The notes beneath the pieces were generated by a model. The model searched no databases. It had not been told where the DNA came from and worked only from the letters and a program-made list of their open reading frames with translations. DNA of 44,183 nt, from NCBI GenBank assembly GCA_030583825.1, contig CP129477.1, forward strand, positions 576,308 to 620,490, written 5' to 3'. This document shows positions 10,801 through 19,854 of the stretch, piece by piece. The DNA is from Candidatus Dojkabacteria bacterium. Lineage in GTDB: Bacteria; Patescibacteriota; Dojkabacteria; GCA-002793355. Position 1 is the first letter of the stretch. Every line of letters starts with the position of its first letter. The position numbers and the translations under genes are program-made.

Positions 10801-12964
10801 GAATACGACACCGTTCAATATTATTCTTGACAATAGTACTGTTGGTGCAGATGCAAACTCCGGAGTTTTCGTACTTCGTGGAAATGATTGGGATGGCGCA
10901 ACTAATACCGAAATTGAAATGGGCCAGCAGCTAATAATTACTTCAACCACAGACTACCGTATTGCTTTCTTGAACGATGCTGGAACTGAAATCGGAAGCA
11001 TTGATGAAGGCGGAAACCTTCAAATAGATGGAAGGTTTAATTTAGGAACAGATACGGCAGATGTCTTAAGTATTGGCACAGCCGGAGCAGCAGCAAATGG
11101 CGATCTTTACTGGGGAGAAGATCTTTTATGTGATGTCAGCGAGTCAAACTGTGGATGGTCTGCCGGTGGTGGATCATTGCTTACAGATGCCGGTGCAATC
11201 ACATATTTGACCCAGACTGCGGACGATTTTGCAATTGGTGGTACAGGACTTAACTCATCGTTTAGTGTTGATGTTAGTGCAAACACCGTTCGAATTGGTA
11301 CAGGAACAACAGCAAATGCAGTATTGCAGATGTTTGCAAGCGATGGAGATACAGGAAATATCACTTACGGAACAAACGATCGCTGGGAATTTATCGGCGG
11401 AGACTTACTTATTGGAGATGACCAAAGATTATTCATGGGTACCGATACCGATTTCTTTATGGTCTATGACGAAACAACGGATGATAGGCTCGAATTTGGA
11501 TTCGGTGCCAATCAATTTGGCTCAATTGACAATGTAGCCGCTCAAACATATGGAAGATTTGAATTTACTGGCGTAACTGTCCTTGGGGCCGGTTTGACGG
11601 GCACAGAAACTGCCCTGCTCGTCAATACCGGCGCAGGATTTACCGGTAAGTTACTCGATTTGAACATTAATGGCACGGATATCTTTGAAGTATCTGCAAC
11701 CGGTATCCGCGGTGATGTTCCTGCAACATTTGCAACAGCCGGAAATGTTCAGATTGCAAATAATCTCGAATTTACAAACTCGGTTGCGTCGTATATTACC
11801 TCGCAGTCGCCGTTGTATGTTATTGCCGGAGATATCGTCAGCAGCGAAGATCTTATCTTGAAAGCAAATAACGAGGGTTATGTTATTATTGACGACCGAC
11901 TTGATGTTACCGACAAGATCTCGATTGGTAACGATCCATCAAACTTGTTGGCAACAACGGCAGCGGGTGCAGCAGCAACAAACAACCTTTATTGGGGAAA
12001 CAAACTTCTTTGTGATACATCAAAAACAAACTGTGGAAATGCATTCTCAATTGCGGGTAACCTGACTTATCTTGATCCAACAACACAAGACTTTGCCGTT
12101 GGAGGTTCAAGCTTAACAGCATCATTCAGTATTGACTCAAGCGAAAACCTCATGAGACTTGGTGTCGGTTCAGGAACAAATGCACGAATTGATCTCTTTG
12201 CATCAAACGGAAATAGTGTTCGTTTCGAAATGACTACTGCAGACGTCTTAGAGCTTAATAACGGTGGATTTCACTTTAACCAGGCCGGTGATGCTGTTGA
12301 TTTTGTTATCGAAGGAGACACAGACGCGAACCTCTTTACAGCAGACGGATCGGCTGACTCAATTGGTGTAGGAATTGCAACTCCAGGTGCAAAATTACAT
12401 ATTGTTGGGACATCAGACAACGAAGGATTTATTCTCGATGCATGGTCATCACAAACAGAAGATCTGTTCAAAATCAGAAACTCAAGCGCTAACAATTTGA
12501 TTGTCTTTACATCATTAGGAGGAGCAATCTTTAACGAGCAAGGCGCAGATGCCGACTTTAGAATTGAAAGCACATCAAATGCGAATATGTTCTTTGTAGA
12601 TGCAAGCACAAATAGAGTAGGTATAGGTACAAATACCCCAGGCAGTATGCTTCATGTAAATGGTTCATTCGGTGTGGGAATACAAAGCATGTCATCAAGT
12701 GGAAGTGTTGGCGATGTCGCAGTTGTTTTTGTAGATACAACTGGCGGTGCAGTTGTTGCTGATTTGCCTCAATGTTCCGGTACAGCCACGGGAAGAATGC
12801 TTACAATTAACCAGGTAGGTGGGGATGACTTAGTATTGGATCCGTTTTCATCAGAACAAATTAATAATAGTTCCATCCTCGTTTTTACGGATGGAGCAAC
12901 AGCTTCTATTGTATGCGACGGAACTCAATGGCGCATTCTCTACCTGCAGCCTGCAACATTCTAA
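7862..12964 (+). CDS. 1700-aa secreted fibre/adhesin-like beta-repeat protein
   Basis: SD-like GGGAGAGAGG; signal peptide; N-terminal NFQSKIVN..G domain ending SVPFAQKA; Gly/Thr/Asp-rich beta repeats; four LYWG...CD....NCG repeats; VGIGTNTP..LHV and DTTGGAVVADLP...CDGTQW tail-fibre-like motifs. Confidence 0.75.
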   Translation: MKLSKKWAKKIVRSLAILIVVILSFSIVFSSSSLAAVNQELNFQSKIVNTNGTNVTPSTTSCVKSGADTCDFRVSVYSDSSGGTALWSEIHTDVEIGNDSILKLSIGSYCISNQGGSWTTDGDGVGTRCTVSGGGVDWGADSTLYLQVEFDVADTAGQNSFSSPEVFTRKLITSVPFAQKAGSADHVRNVSGVIYFNDVNTGEIAFSDTTYTALPGGMNSILHALNAASGGGGGLWTINGDVTYLTSTGSDLSLSSTLVSAFSVDKSENLIRFGDGSAGNAKLDFFSQSGETARLEYTNSDILQLSGGDFKIVDNTSAIFGTDNDIEVAYVSANNRLELSDGTNLLAYLTDNGTTGTLTATGNLVALGGNVQSGSSSQTGGLRLYDGSSNSVLLTVPGIASDYTLTLPTTDGDANQVLRTDGSGALSWVSTDFTLAGGTGTPQTISSGNTLTIAGGTAIVTSTSDTDTLTVAFNPNANLDINGQWEFQDSVAVRFGTDADFHVSFNGTNALNFTDGTNNLFSIIDLGTTARIRLGSGTNDLFGTTAAGSIADGDLYWGNDLLCDVSETNCGWASITGSSKWTDGGDTTYLTDTADNLAIGGVDDTSPFFFNVEDDEFFISNDASINFGDDGRISAGDGGALSVSDGSGTVYVSLHETLGASLNAGVNQLGVTGSSVGLYANSGHINMETTGNVNILTDGGVFIRDNANANLSLVNTTTGADANSGYLIFQGNDWNGSSNTTLTMRSQLVITSTTDYRTGFFNNALTEVASLDESGNFQIDGRLNIGTNTLDLLGVSAASAANGDLYWGDKLVCDASETNCGWATTAGSSKWTDGGAISYLTETTDDLAVGGSTSAAPFFFDTSAGRLALNVDGSGGGLVIGTDTQLYRSATNTLRTPDSFTVDGNFLASGTGTITGLLTTSTNGIGGGIVIGSDTQLYRSNTNLLRTPDAFTVDGAFTGSAGATIAGGAVNITGGNLIVQNTTPFNIILDNSTVGADANSGVFVLRGNDWDGATNTEIEMGQQLIITSTTDYRIAFLNDAGTEIGSIDEGGNLQIDGRFNLGTDTADVLSIGTAGAAANGDLYWGEDLLCDVSESNCGWSAGGGSLLTDAGAITYLTQTADDFAIGGTGLNSSFSVDVSANTVRIGTGTTANAVLQMFASDGDTGNITYGTNDRWEFIGGDLLIGDDQRLFMGTDTDFFMVYDETTDDRLEFGFGANQFGSIDNVAAQTYGRFEFTGVTVLGAGLTGTETALLVNTGAGFTGKLLDLNINGTDIFEVSATGIRGDVPATFATAGNVQIANNLEFTNSVASYITSQSPLYVIAGDIVSSEDLILKANNEGYVIIDDRLDVTDKISIGNDPSNLLATTAAGAAATNNLYWGNKLLCDTSKTNCGNAFSIAGNLTYLDPTTQDFAVGGSSLTASFSIDSSENLMRLGVGSGTNARIDLFASNGNSVRFEMTTADVLELNNGGFHFNQAGDAVDFVIEGDTDANLFTADGSADSIGVGIATPGAKLHIVGTSDNEGFILDAWSSQTEDLFKIRNSSANNLIVFTSLGGAIFNEQGADADFRIESTSNANMFFVDASTNRVGIGTNTPGSMLHVNGSFGVGIQSMSSSGSVGDVAVVFVDTTGGAVVADLPQCSGTATGRMLTINQVGGDDLVLDPFSSEQINNSSILVFTDGATASIVCDGTQWRILYLQPATF

Positions 12965-13083
12965 ATCTTCGATTATGGTGGATCTAAAGTACTGCAATAT
13001 GATTATTCTAAGCAAATACCAAGATGAATATCTCTAAAATAGGAAACGCACAGATTAAAATTGTAAGCATTTTTTCAGGCTGA

Positions 13084-13157
13084 TATTGGTGCATTAATCA
13101 CCAATAAATGCTAGAATGCTATAGATAAAAACGTTCGTTAATTATTGTCTATAGCAT
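13084..13157 (+). promoter_or_regulatory. Two inverted repeats and an extended -10 at the head of the LamG array
   Basis: TATTGGTG-N7-CACCAATA (13084-13106); TGCTAGAAT (13109-13117); ATGCTATAGA/TCTATAGCAT (13116-13125 and 13148-13157), overlapping the ATG. Confidence 0.5.
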
Positions 13158-16100
13158 GTTTGAAGGAAAAAAGATTTACAAAATTTGGCAGTTATCCCTC
13201 TCTCTTTTTGTCGTGACCATGGTATTCTTGCCAATTTTTGTATTATCACTTACAAAATCTGTAAATGCCTCATGGTTTAATGATCAGTGGGCATACAGAC
13301 AAAAGATTTCTATTACAGGAAATTCTTCTGCTGCCACTGACTTCCAAGTCCAGCTAAGTATTAACACTCAAACTTTATATACGGCAGGAAAATTACAGCC
13401 TCATTGCGAAGATTTACGCTTTACCGACGGAGAAGGAAACTTGCTGGAATATTGGGTAGAAGATACAGTTACTCCGTGTTTTGCAGCGACAAATCAGATT
13501 ATTTGGGTCAGAGTGCCTTCATTGCTCGCAAACGGTACAGACATATACATGTATTATGGCAATCGCTTGGCAGAAAGAGCTGAAAATCCATACAAAACAT
13601 TCGATTTCTTTGACGACTTCGAGTACACAGCGTGGTACAACAATGCGTGGAGATTTAGAATTCCAATTCGTATTAATAATGAAAAACTCCAAGGAACACT
13701 TACCAACTTTCCGGTATATATTGATCTTTCGACACTCGGAAAAGACTTTTTTGATAGAGTTAAAGCGGATGGCACAGATATTGTTGTTACCAACAGTGAT
13801 GGAACGACAAAGCTTGACCGCGAATTGGTTAGTCTGAATATGGCGGATAGAACCGGCGTATTGTGGGTACGTGTGCCGACTTTAGCAAACTCTGCAGATA
13901 AGTACGTATACGTCTATTTTGGAAATGCCGCTGCGTCCGAAGTAAATACTTCAAGTGTGTGGAATAGTAACTACGTCATTATGCAGCACATGGAAAACAA
14001 TCCTGCAGGAAGCGCGCCGCAAATGCTTGATAGTACGGCAAATGGAAATAACGGAACGTCTAATGGAGCTATGCCTTCAAGTGCATTAATTAAAGGAAAA
14101 ATAGGAAAAGCTCTCGCATTTGATGGAAGCAATGACTATATTGCTATTCCACATTCATCATCACAGGAGCATCAAACTATTACATTTAGCGTGTGGGCAA
14201 GATCAAAGCCTACTACGTGGAATGCCAATGGCCCCGTACTTTCTAAGCGATCTGTCTCATTTGGAACCACAGAATATATTATCCATCCTGATCCCGACGG
14301 TCGTGATATTAAAGTATATGTTTCAACTGCGTCTACATGGAGATTCGTAAATAATACTCCAGCAAATATTCAGGAATGGAATCATTATGTAGGAACTTAT
14401 GATGGCTCTACTTTACGTTACTATGTAAATGGTACTTTTGTTGGATCTGCCAGCGCACCGGGAGCAAGAAACCTTAACGCAACACCACTGAATATTGGAG
14501 CAGATTTTTGTAATGCTTGTGGCTCACGATTTCTCTTCGGTGATATTGATGAAGTCCGTACGATGAATGTTGCAGCATCTGCTGATTGGGTTGCTGTTGA
14601 ATATAATAATCAAAATGATCCTGCAAGCTTTTATAAAGTCCTTCCAATAGAAAGTCCTGAAGGCTTGAATGCAAAGCTCGTGCGATGGGAAATGAGCGGA
14701 ACACCGCAGTTTTCTGGAAGTAGCATGTCGTTAACTAATTCAGCAAAGCTTCGAACAATTCAGCAATTTCCAATTGGGAAACGGTTTATGACCCGCCTGA
14801 CACAACAATCTACTTCCCTTGCTACTGCATTAGCAGGATTTTCCAATAGTGCATTAGGAAGTGAATTTACTGCAGACGATTCAGCATTTCTTAATTTCGA
14901 TAGCTCAACAACTCTCGAAGAAACTGGTGTTTCAGACGAAGGGGCAGTTTCTATAGCCACCTACGGCACCGAACCAACATCTGCGAGAGCAACAATTGGA
15001 ACGCTTGTCGCAAGTACGTATTTTAGGGTTGCCACTGGAAATAGTACTGCAACAACAAATCGTCCAAATGAAGCAATGAATGTTCGCTTTGAAAATAACT
15101 CCGCGGGTGAAACACTTACTGTAGATCATGTGATGGTTGGGAATTTCACGTTTGCATTTGTAGATTCGGGATCTGCCGGATCGGAAGAAAAGAGCATAGC
15201 ACCAATTGTTCACTGGAAACTGGACGAAACTGAGGGACAAATCTACAAATCATCCGGCATATTACCAGGTTACGACATGATGCGTGGGGGAACACTTGCA
15301 GTTGAGAATGGAGATCCCGCAAATAGAGAAAATTGTGTTGTTGGAAACTGTGCGCAATTCAACAGTGGTCATGCCGCTTTTATAGACAAAGCCTTGCCGG
15401 CAAAGAATAACGCAACTATTTCTCTGTGGATGTACACAAACAGAATTACACCAACAATTCGGCAAACTATTCTATCTGCCGGAGAAGCAAACTCAACAGG
15501 AGTTACTCTTGTGTTGCCTTCGCAATCTGAAACAAGTGCAAACCCAAATAAATTACGTTTTTATGTGAGGACATCTACCGCGTGGACATTCTGCGACAGT
15601 ACAACTTCGATTATTCCTCAGCAGTGGCATTACGTAACAACAACGTATGCCCATCCGAATGTGAATATTTACATTAATGGCAGGTTGGATGCCAGTTGTA
15701 TCATAGCCGGCAACTATCTTGCGCCAACAAGTAGCATGGCACTGGGTTCTTTCAATAGTTTGAATCAATATTACCTGAATGGCATGCTCGACGATGTCAA
15801 AATTTATGACTATGTACGTACGCAACAGCAAATTAACAATGAATATTCTTCTTTCGCAAATGTTCTGGGAACTTCTACAGACAGAAGAGAAGACGGACTT
15901 TCGGCGTGGTGGAAATTCGAAGAAATTTCGGGGACATCGGTTGTTGATAACGGAACCGGTAGAGTGAATGGTACATCTTCTGGCCCGACATTAGGTAATA
16001 CAGGAATATTTGGTAAGTCATACTTATTTGACGGAATCAACGATACAATTTCTGTTCCAGCAACTGCTGCGCTCGATACACAGTTTTTGACAATTTCAGC

Positions 16101-19100
16101 ATGGATCAACGCTGCAAGCTACGATCAGCAGGGAAATATCTTTGTGAAAACGACAAACGGCAGTGACAATACGCAATATCTCCTATATTTTGGCAATGCT
16201 GATAATGGCTACTTAAACTTCCGTACGGTAAATGCCTCTGCTGTACAAGATACGCTTGCTTTGGATGTAAGCTCTTCAGGACTTATTCCAAACCAGTGGA
16301 ACCATGTCGTTGCTGTGTATGATGGTCAGGAAAAGGCGATATACGTAAACGGTGAAAAGAAAGTCTCTGCACCGTATTCTCAAACACTCGCAGTAAACGC
16401 TGCAGGAATTTCCCGAATTGGATCACTTGCAAGCAGTTACTACTTTAGCGGACGAATAGATGAGTTACGTGTGTACAACAAAGGAATGTCTTTGCAGGAA
16501 GTGGAATCTCTATATCGAGAAAGACCTGAGCCAGTCGGCTATTTCGAATTTAACGAGCGAATTGGCCTTACCGCATATGACAACTTTGCACGAAATCCTT
16601 CGATGAGTTTTAGTGTATGGAAGCCTTTTCAATGGGGAAATGGCGTTGTGGGTGGAAGTGCTCGTGTATACGATGGAGCATATATTAGTCAGACAGCATG
16701 TACGTTCTGCCAAGTGGCAAGAGATAGCTTTTCACTCGCATTCTGGGCAAAAGTAGAAGATGGTGCATCTGTAGTGATTCCACTTATTGAAAAAATGGCA
16801 AACCAAGGTGGTGGCAGTGAGCTTGAAGGATATACTTTCTCCCTGCTCGATGATGGCGGTATCCGCGCTGGAATTCGCCAAGATGTAAGTAGTTCTACTA
16901 CCAGCATTACTGACTACAATACCTCTGTAGAATATGACGACGGTCAATGGCACCACTTTGCAATGGCAATTGATCGTAACTCTTTGGAACAGAAGATATT
17001 TGTAGATGGCACACTCATTGGAAATACTTCGCTTTCAGGCTTTACACAGAGTATCCAAAACCCCGGTAATTTCTATATCGGAACAAACAGTGCAGTTACT
17101 GACTTTGGAGACTTTCATATAGATTCATTCCGATTCTACGACTATGCGTTAACAGAGCAAGAAGTAAGCGCAATTAAAAATCAGCAGGTACTTGGACAGT
17201 CATCTGGCAGTGGAAATGCTACAGTGTCGGCATCAGTAAACATTTCGACAGACATTATTGCAGACGGAAGAACTTCAGCAGATGGAGAAGCATTTGCTGT
17301 ATCGGCAATTGACGGCAATACAATCACTGTTACCGGTACGGGAACAGACGGAACAACTGCCGCAACTCTGGGTAATGCGGTAACAATAGGTGACTTAGTA
17401 CTGCTTATTAACATGCAGGGAGACGGCACAAACTATTCAAACGTTGGGAGTTATGAATTCTGTCGAGTGCAATCAGTCGCAGGTGCAGTTATTGCATGCA
17501 CAGCGCCAATTTCAAAGGTTTATGGAGCATCGTCAAATAGCTCACTAAGTGGCCAAAAGGTCATGGTACAACGTGTTCCAGAATTTGAAAATCTGACGGT
17601 AACTTCTTCAGGAGTACTTACTGCAAATGCCTGGAATGGAACACTTGGAGGCATTTTTGCTGTTATTGCATCGGGAGATGTAACTGTTGAGTCCGGTGGA
17701 AGTATTACGATGAGTGCAAAAGGCTATACAGCGGCAACTGACTGGCAATGTAATTTCCCTTATCAAGGAGATTCATACACAGGTATAGGTATTAAATCTA
17801 ATGTTGCAAATAATGGAGGTGGCGGCGCTGGTCGGAATGAAAATTGTACCGACAACTGGGCAGGTGGCGCTGGCGGTGGTGGATATGGAACATCGGGAAG
17901 TAGTGGAAGCGCTGGTTCAGGAGGTGGTACTGCAGGAACGGGCGGTGGAACATATGGTGATACACAACTAACAAAGCTATTTATGGGATCTGCCGGTGGT
18001 ACCGGTGGTGGAGATGGTTGGGAAAGCAGTCAGATTAATGGGCAAAATGGTGGATCCGGTGGAGGTATTGTCTTTGTTCAATCCGGCGGAAATATTAGTG
18101 TTAATGCTGGAATCACTTCAAATGGGCAAACTCGAGGAAATGGTGATTATGCCGGTGCCGGAGGGGGTGCTGGTGGCTCAATTTATCTTCGTGCAAATAC
18201 TATGAATATTGGATCTTCATTAGTATCGGCAGTAGGGGGCAATGGGTCGGTTTCCGGTAGCTCTCGTGGAAACGGAGGAAATGGTGGCGTGGGAAGAATT
18301 CGCCTTGATGCTCTAACGGTAACAGGAACATCTTCACCAACCCCTGGATATACGGGTAATACCAATCAGTCAATGATTAATAGCCTTGCACTGAGTACTG
18401 TAAAAACTCAGAAAGAAACGAGAATTACAGCAAACCTACAAGGGGAATGGCTTTTTGATGAGCGATCTGGTGTAACAGCGCGGGACACAACAGCAAATGG
18501 ATCACACGCAACATTTGTAAATATAACCGACACAAACTGGGTTCTTGGCAATATTGGACGTGGAATAAGCCTCAATGGTGTGGATCAATATGCCACTGTT
18601 CCAAATGCTTCCCACTTTAATTCTACAGATTGGACAATTAGTGCATGGGTCAAAACAACCCAAACCTCCATGGGCAGAATTATTGTAAAAGAGGGAAATA
18701 CCCCAGGACAGCAGCGATTTTCGTTAGGAGTAAATGTCGTTACGCTTGGAAAAGCAGAAGTAAGGTTTGATGGTGGGACATTCAATACTGCAACAAGTAC
18801 GACAAATGTAAACGATGGGAAATGGCATCATGTCGTTGGCACATTTAACGATGCATCTAACCGGCTCAGAATCTACGTTGATGGACGCTTAGAGCAACAG
18901 ACAACAACTGCCCAGACCCCAACAGCAAGTGCAAATGATATTAATATTGGAAGATTCAGTGCTGCGGGACAATACCTTCAGGGGAGTATTGATCAAATTC
19001 GTTACTGGAATACGGAACTTACGCCTCGCGATGTGGCAATGGAATATAATCAGGGGCTCCCATTTGCTTGGTGGAGATTTGATGAAGGCCAAAGCACAAT

Positions 19101-19755
19101 TGTGAAAGACTTTAGTGGAAGAGGCAATCATGGAACGTTAACAAATATGGATCCTGTAACAGATTGGCTGACAGGAACAGATTGTAAACGCAATAGCTGC
19201 CTGGATTTTGATGGAACAAATGATCATATTCTTGTTGCGAATGAATCGCAGTTTGATTTTGAGCGAACAAGAGAATTCTCGGTATGCACTTGGTTTAGAC
19301 CCGATCAAATTGCTTCAACATCGCACACACTTGTAAGTAAACTGTCATCTGGAAATGTCGGATGGGAACTCACTGCATATGATGGCACAGCAGCAAGTGA
19401 CGGGATTCTTGTGTATTTAATTAACTCGTGGCCAGGAAATAGAATATCAGTTGCCTATGACAATGTTTTACAAGCGAACCAATGGCATCATATCTGCTTT
19501 GCTTACAACGGAAGTAGTGCGGCAAGCGGAGTTGCTATATATCTTAATGGAGTACTTTTAACATCACCTGTTGTGCAGATTTCTACTCTGAGCGGTAGCA
19601 TTTTGAATAATGAACCGTTGAGAATAGGATCTCGTCAAAGCAATGTTTTGCCTGCAGATGGGCGAATAGATGAAGTCAAAGTGTTTAATTACAGACTTAC
19701 GCAAGAAGATATATTAATTGACTATAACATGGGCGCTGCCCTTAGGTTCGAGTAA
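13156..19755 (+). CDS. Giant secreted DUF2341 + LamG-like jellyroll repeat protein A (2199 aa, includes a Gly-rich domain)
   Basis: Signal peptide; DUF2341 motifs W.YRQKI, DLRFTD, YWVE, IWVRVP, IYMYYGN (twice); six LamG-type modules (W.FDE...FDG..D...WHHV..YDG...IDEV..Y); ends DYNMGAALRFE. Confidence 0.9.
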   Translation: MFEGKKIYKIWQLSLSLFVVTMVFLPIFVLSLTKSVNASWFNDQWAYRQKISITGNSSAATDFQVQLSINTQTLYTAGKLQPHCEDLRFTDGEGNLLEYWVEDTVTPCFAATNQIIWVRVPSLLANGTDIYMYYGNRLAERAENPYKTFDFFDDFEYTAWYNNAWRFRIPIRINNEKLQGTLTNFPVYIDLSTLGKDFFDRVKADGTDIVVTNSDGTTKLDRELVSLNMADRTGVLWVRVPTLANSADKYVYVYFGNAAASEVNTSSVWNSNYVIMQHMENNPAGSAPQMLDSTANGNNGTSNGAMPSSALIKGKIGKALAFDGSNDYIAIPHSSSQEHQTITFSVWARSKPTTWNANGPVLSKRSVSFGTTEYIIHPDPDGRDIKVYVSTASTWRFVNNTPANIQEWNHYVGTYDGSTLRYYVNGTFVGSASAPGARNLNATPLNIGADFCNACGSRFLFGDIDEVRTMNVAASADWVAVEYNNQNDPASFYKVLPIESPEGLNAKLVRWEMSGTPQFSGSSMSLTNSAKLRTIQQFPIGKRFMTRLTQQSTSLATALAGFSNSALGSEFTADDSAFLNFDSSTTLEETGVSDEGAVSIATYGTEPTSARATIGTLVASTYFRVATGNSTATTNRPNEAMNVRFENNSAGETLTVDHVMVGNFTFAFVDSGSAGSEEKSIAPIVHWKLDETEGQIYKSSGILPGYDMMRGGTLAVENGDPANRENCVVGNCAQFNSGHAAFIDKALPAKNNATISLWMYTNRITPTIRQTILSAGEANSTGVTLVLPSQSETSANPNKLRFYVRTSTAWTFCDSTTSIIPQQWHYVTTTYAHPNVNIYINGRLDASCIIAGNYLAPTSSMALGSFNSLNQYYLNGMLDDVKIYDYVRTQQQINNEYSSFANVLGTSTDRREDGLSAWWKFEEISGTSVVDNGTGRVNGTSSGPTLGNTGIFGKSYLFDGINDTISVPATAALDTQFLTISAWINAASYDQQGNIFVKTTNGSDNTQYLLYFGNADNGYLNFRTVNASAVQDTLALDVSSSGLIPNQWNHVVAVYDGQEKAIYVNGEKKVSAPYSQTLAVNAAGISRIGSLASSYYFSGRIDELRVYNKGMSLQEVESLYRERPEPVGYFEFNERIGLTAYDNFARNPSMSFSVWKPFQWGNGVVGGSARVYDGAYISQTACTFCQVARDSFSLAFWAKVEDGASVVIPLIEKMANQGGGSELEGYTFSLLDDGGIRAGIRQDVSSSTTSITDYNTSVEYDDGQWHHFAMAIDRNSLEQKIFVDGTLIGNTSLSGFTQSIQNPGNFYIGTNSAVTDFGDFHIDSFRFYDYALTEQEVSAIKNQQVLGQSSGSGNATVSASVNISTDIIADGRTSADGEAFAVSAIDGNTITVTGTGTDGTTAATLGNAVTIGDLVLLINMQGDGTNYSNVGSYEFCRVQSVAGAVIACTAPISKVYGASSNSSLSGQKVMVQRVPEFENLTVTSSGVLTANAWNGTLGGIFAVIASGDVTVESGGSITMSAKGYTAATDWQCNFPYQGDSYTGIGIKSNVANNGGGGAGRNENCTDNWAGGAGGGGYGTSGSSGSAGSGGGTAGTGGGTYGDTQLTKLFMGSAGGTGGGDGWESSQINGQNGGSGGGIVFVQSGGNISVNAGITSNGQTRGNGDYAGAGGGAGGSIYLRANTMNIGSSLVSAVGGNGSVSGSSRGNGGNGGVGRIRLDALTVTGTSSPTPGYTGNTNQSMINSLALSTVKTQKETRITANLQGEWLFDERSGVTARDTTANGSHATFVNITDTNWVLGNIGRGISLNGVDQYATVPNASHFNSTDWTISAWVKTTQTSMGRIIVKEGNTPGQQRFSLGVNVVTLGKAEVRFDGGTFNTATSTTNVNDGKWHHVVGTFNDASNRLRIYVDGRLEQQTTTAQTPTASANDINIGRFSAAGQYLQGSIDQIRYWNTELTPRDVAMEYNQGLPFAWWRFDEGQSTIVKDFSGRGNHGTLTNMDPVTDWLTGTDCKRNSCLDFDGTNDHILVANESQFDFERTREFSVCTWFRPDQIASTSHTLVSKLSSGNVGWELTAYDGTAASDGILVYLINSWPGNRISVAYDNVLQANQWHHICFAYNGSSAASGVAIYLNGVLLTSPVVQISTLSGSILNNEPLRIGSRQSNVLPADGRIDEVKVFNYRLTQEDILIDYNMGAALRFE

Positions 19756-19814
19756 GACCTCGCTCCGGTCTGCAAAAAGAAAAAACTTTTTGCAGAACCG
19801 TCGCTCGGTTCTAA
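19753..19814 (+). repeat. 62-bp hairpin spacer element, type A
   Basis: TAA-GACC-TCGCTC-CGG-TCTGCAAAAAG-A6-CTTTTTGCAGA-A-CCG-TCGCTC-GGTTC-TAA; identical to 30189-30250. Confidence 0.92.
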
Positions 19815-19854
19815 GAGGTGAGTAAAAATGACTCACAAAGTGAAAGATAAAAAA

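Noticed and set aside
7862-12964. Prophage tail-fibre gene
   Set aside because: It has a Sec-type signal peptide, and no capsid, terminase or integrase genes lie nearby.
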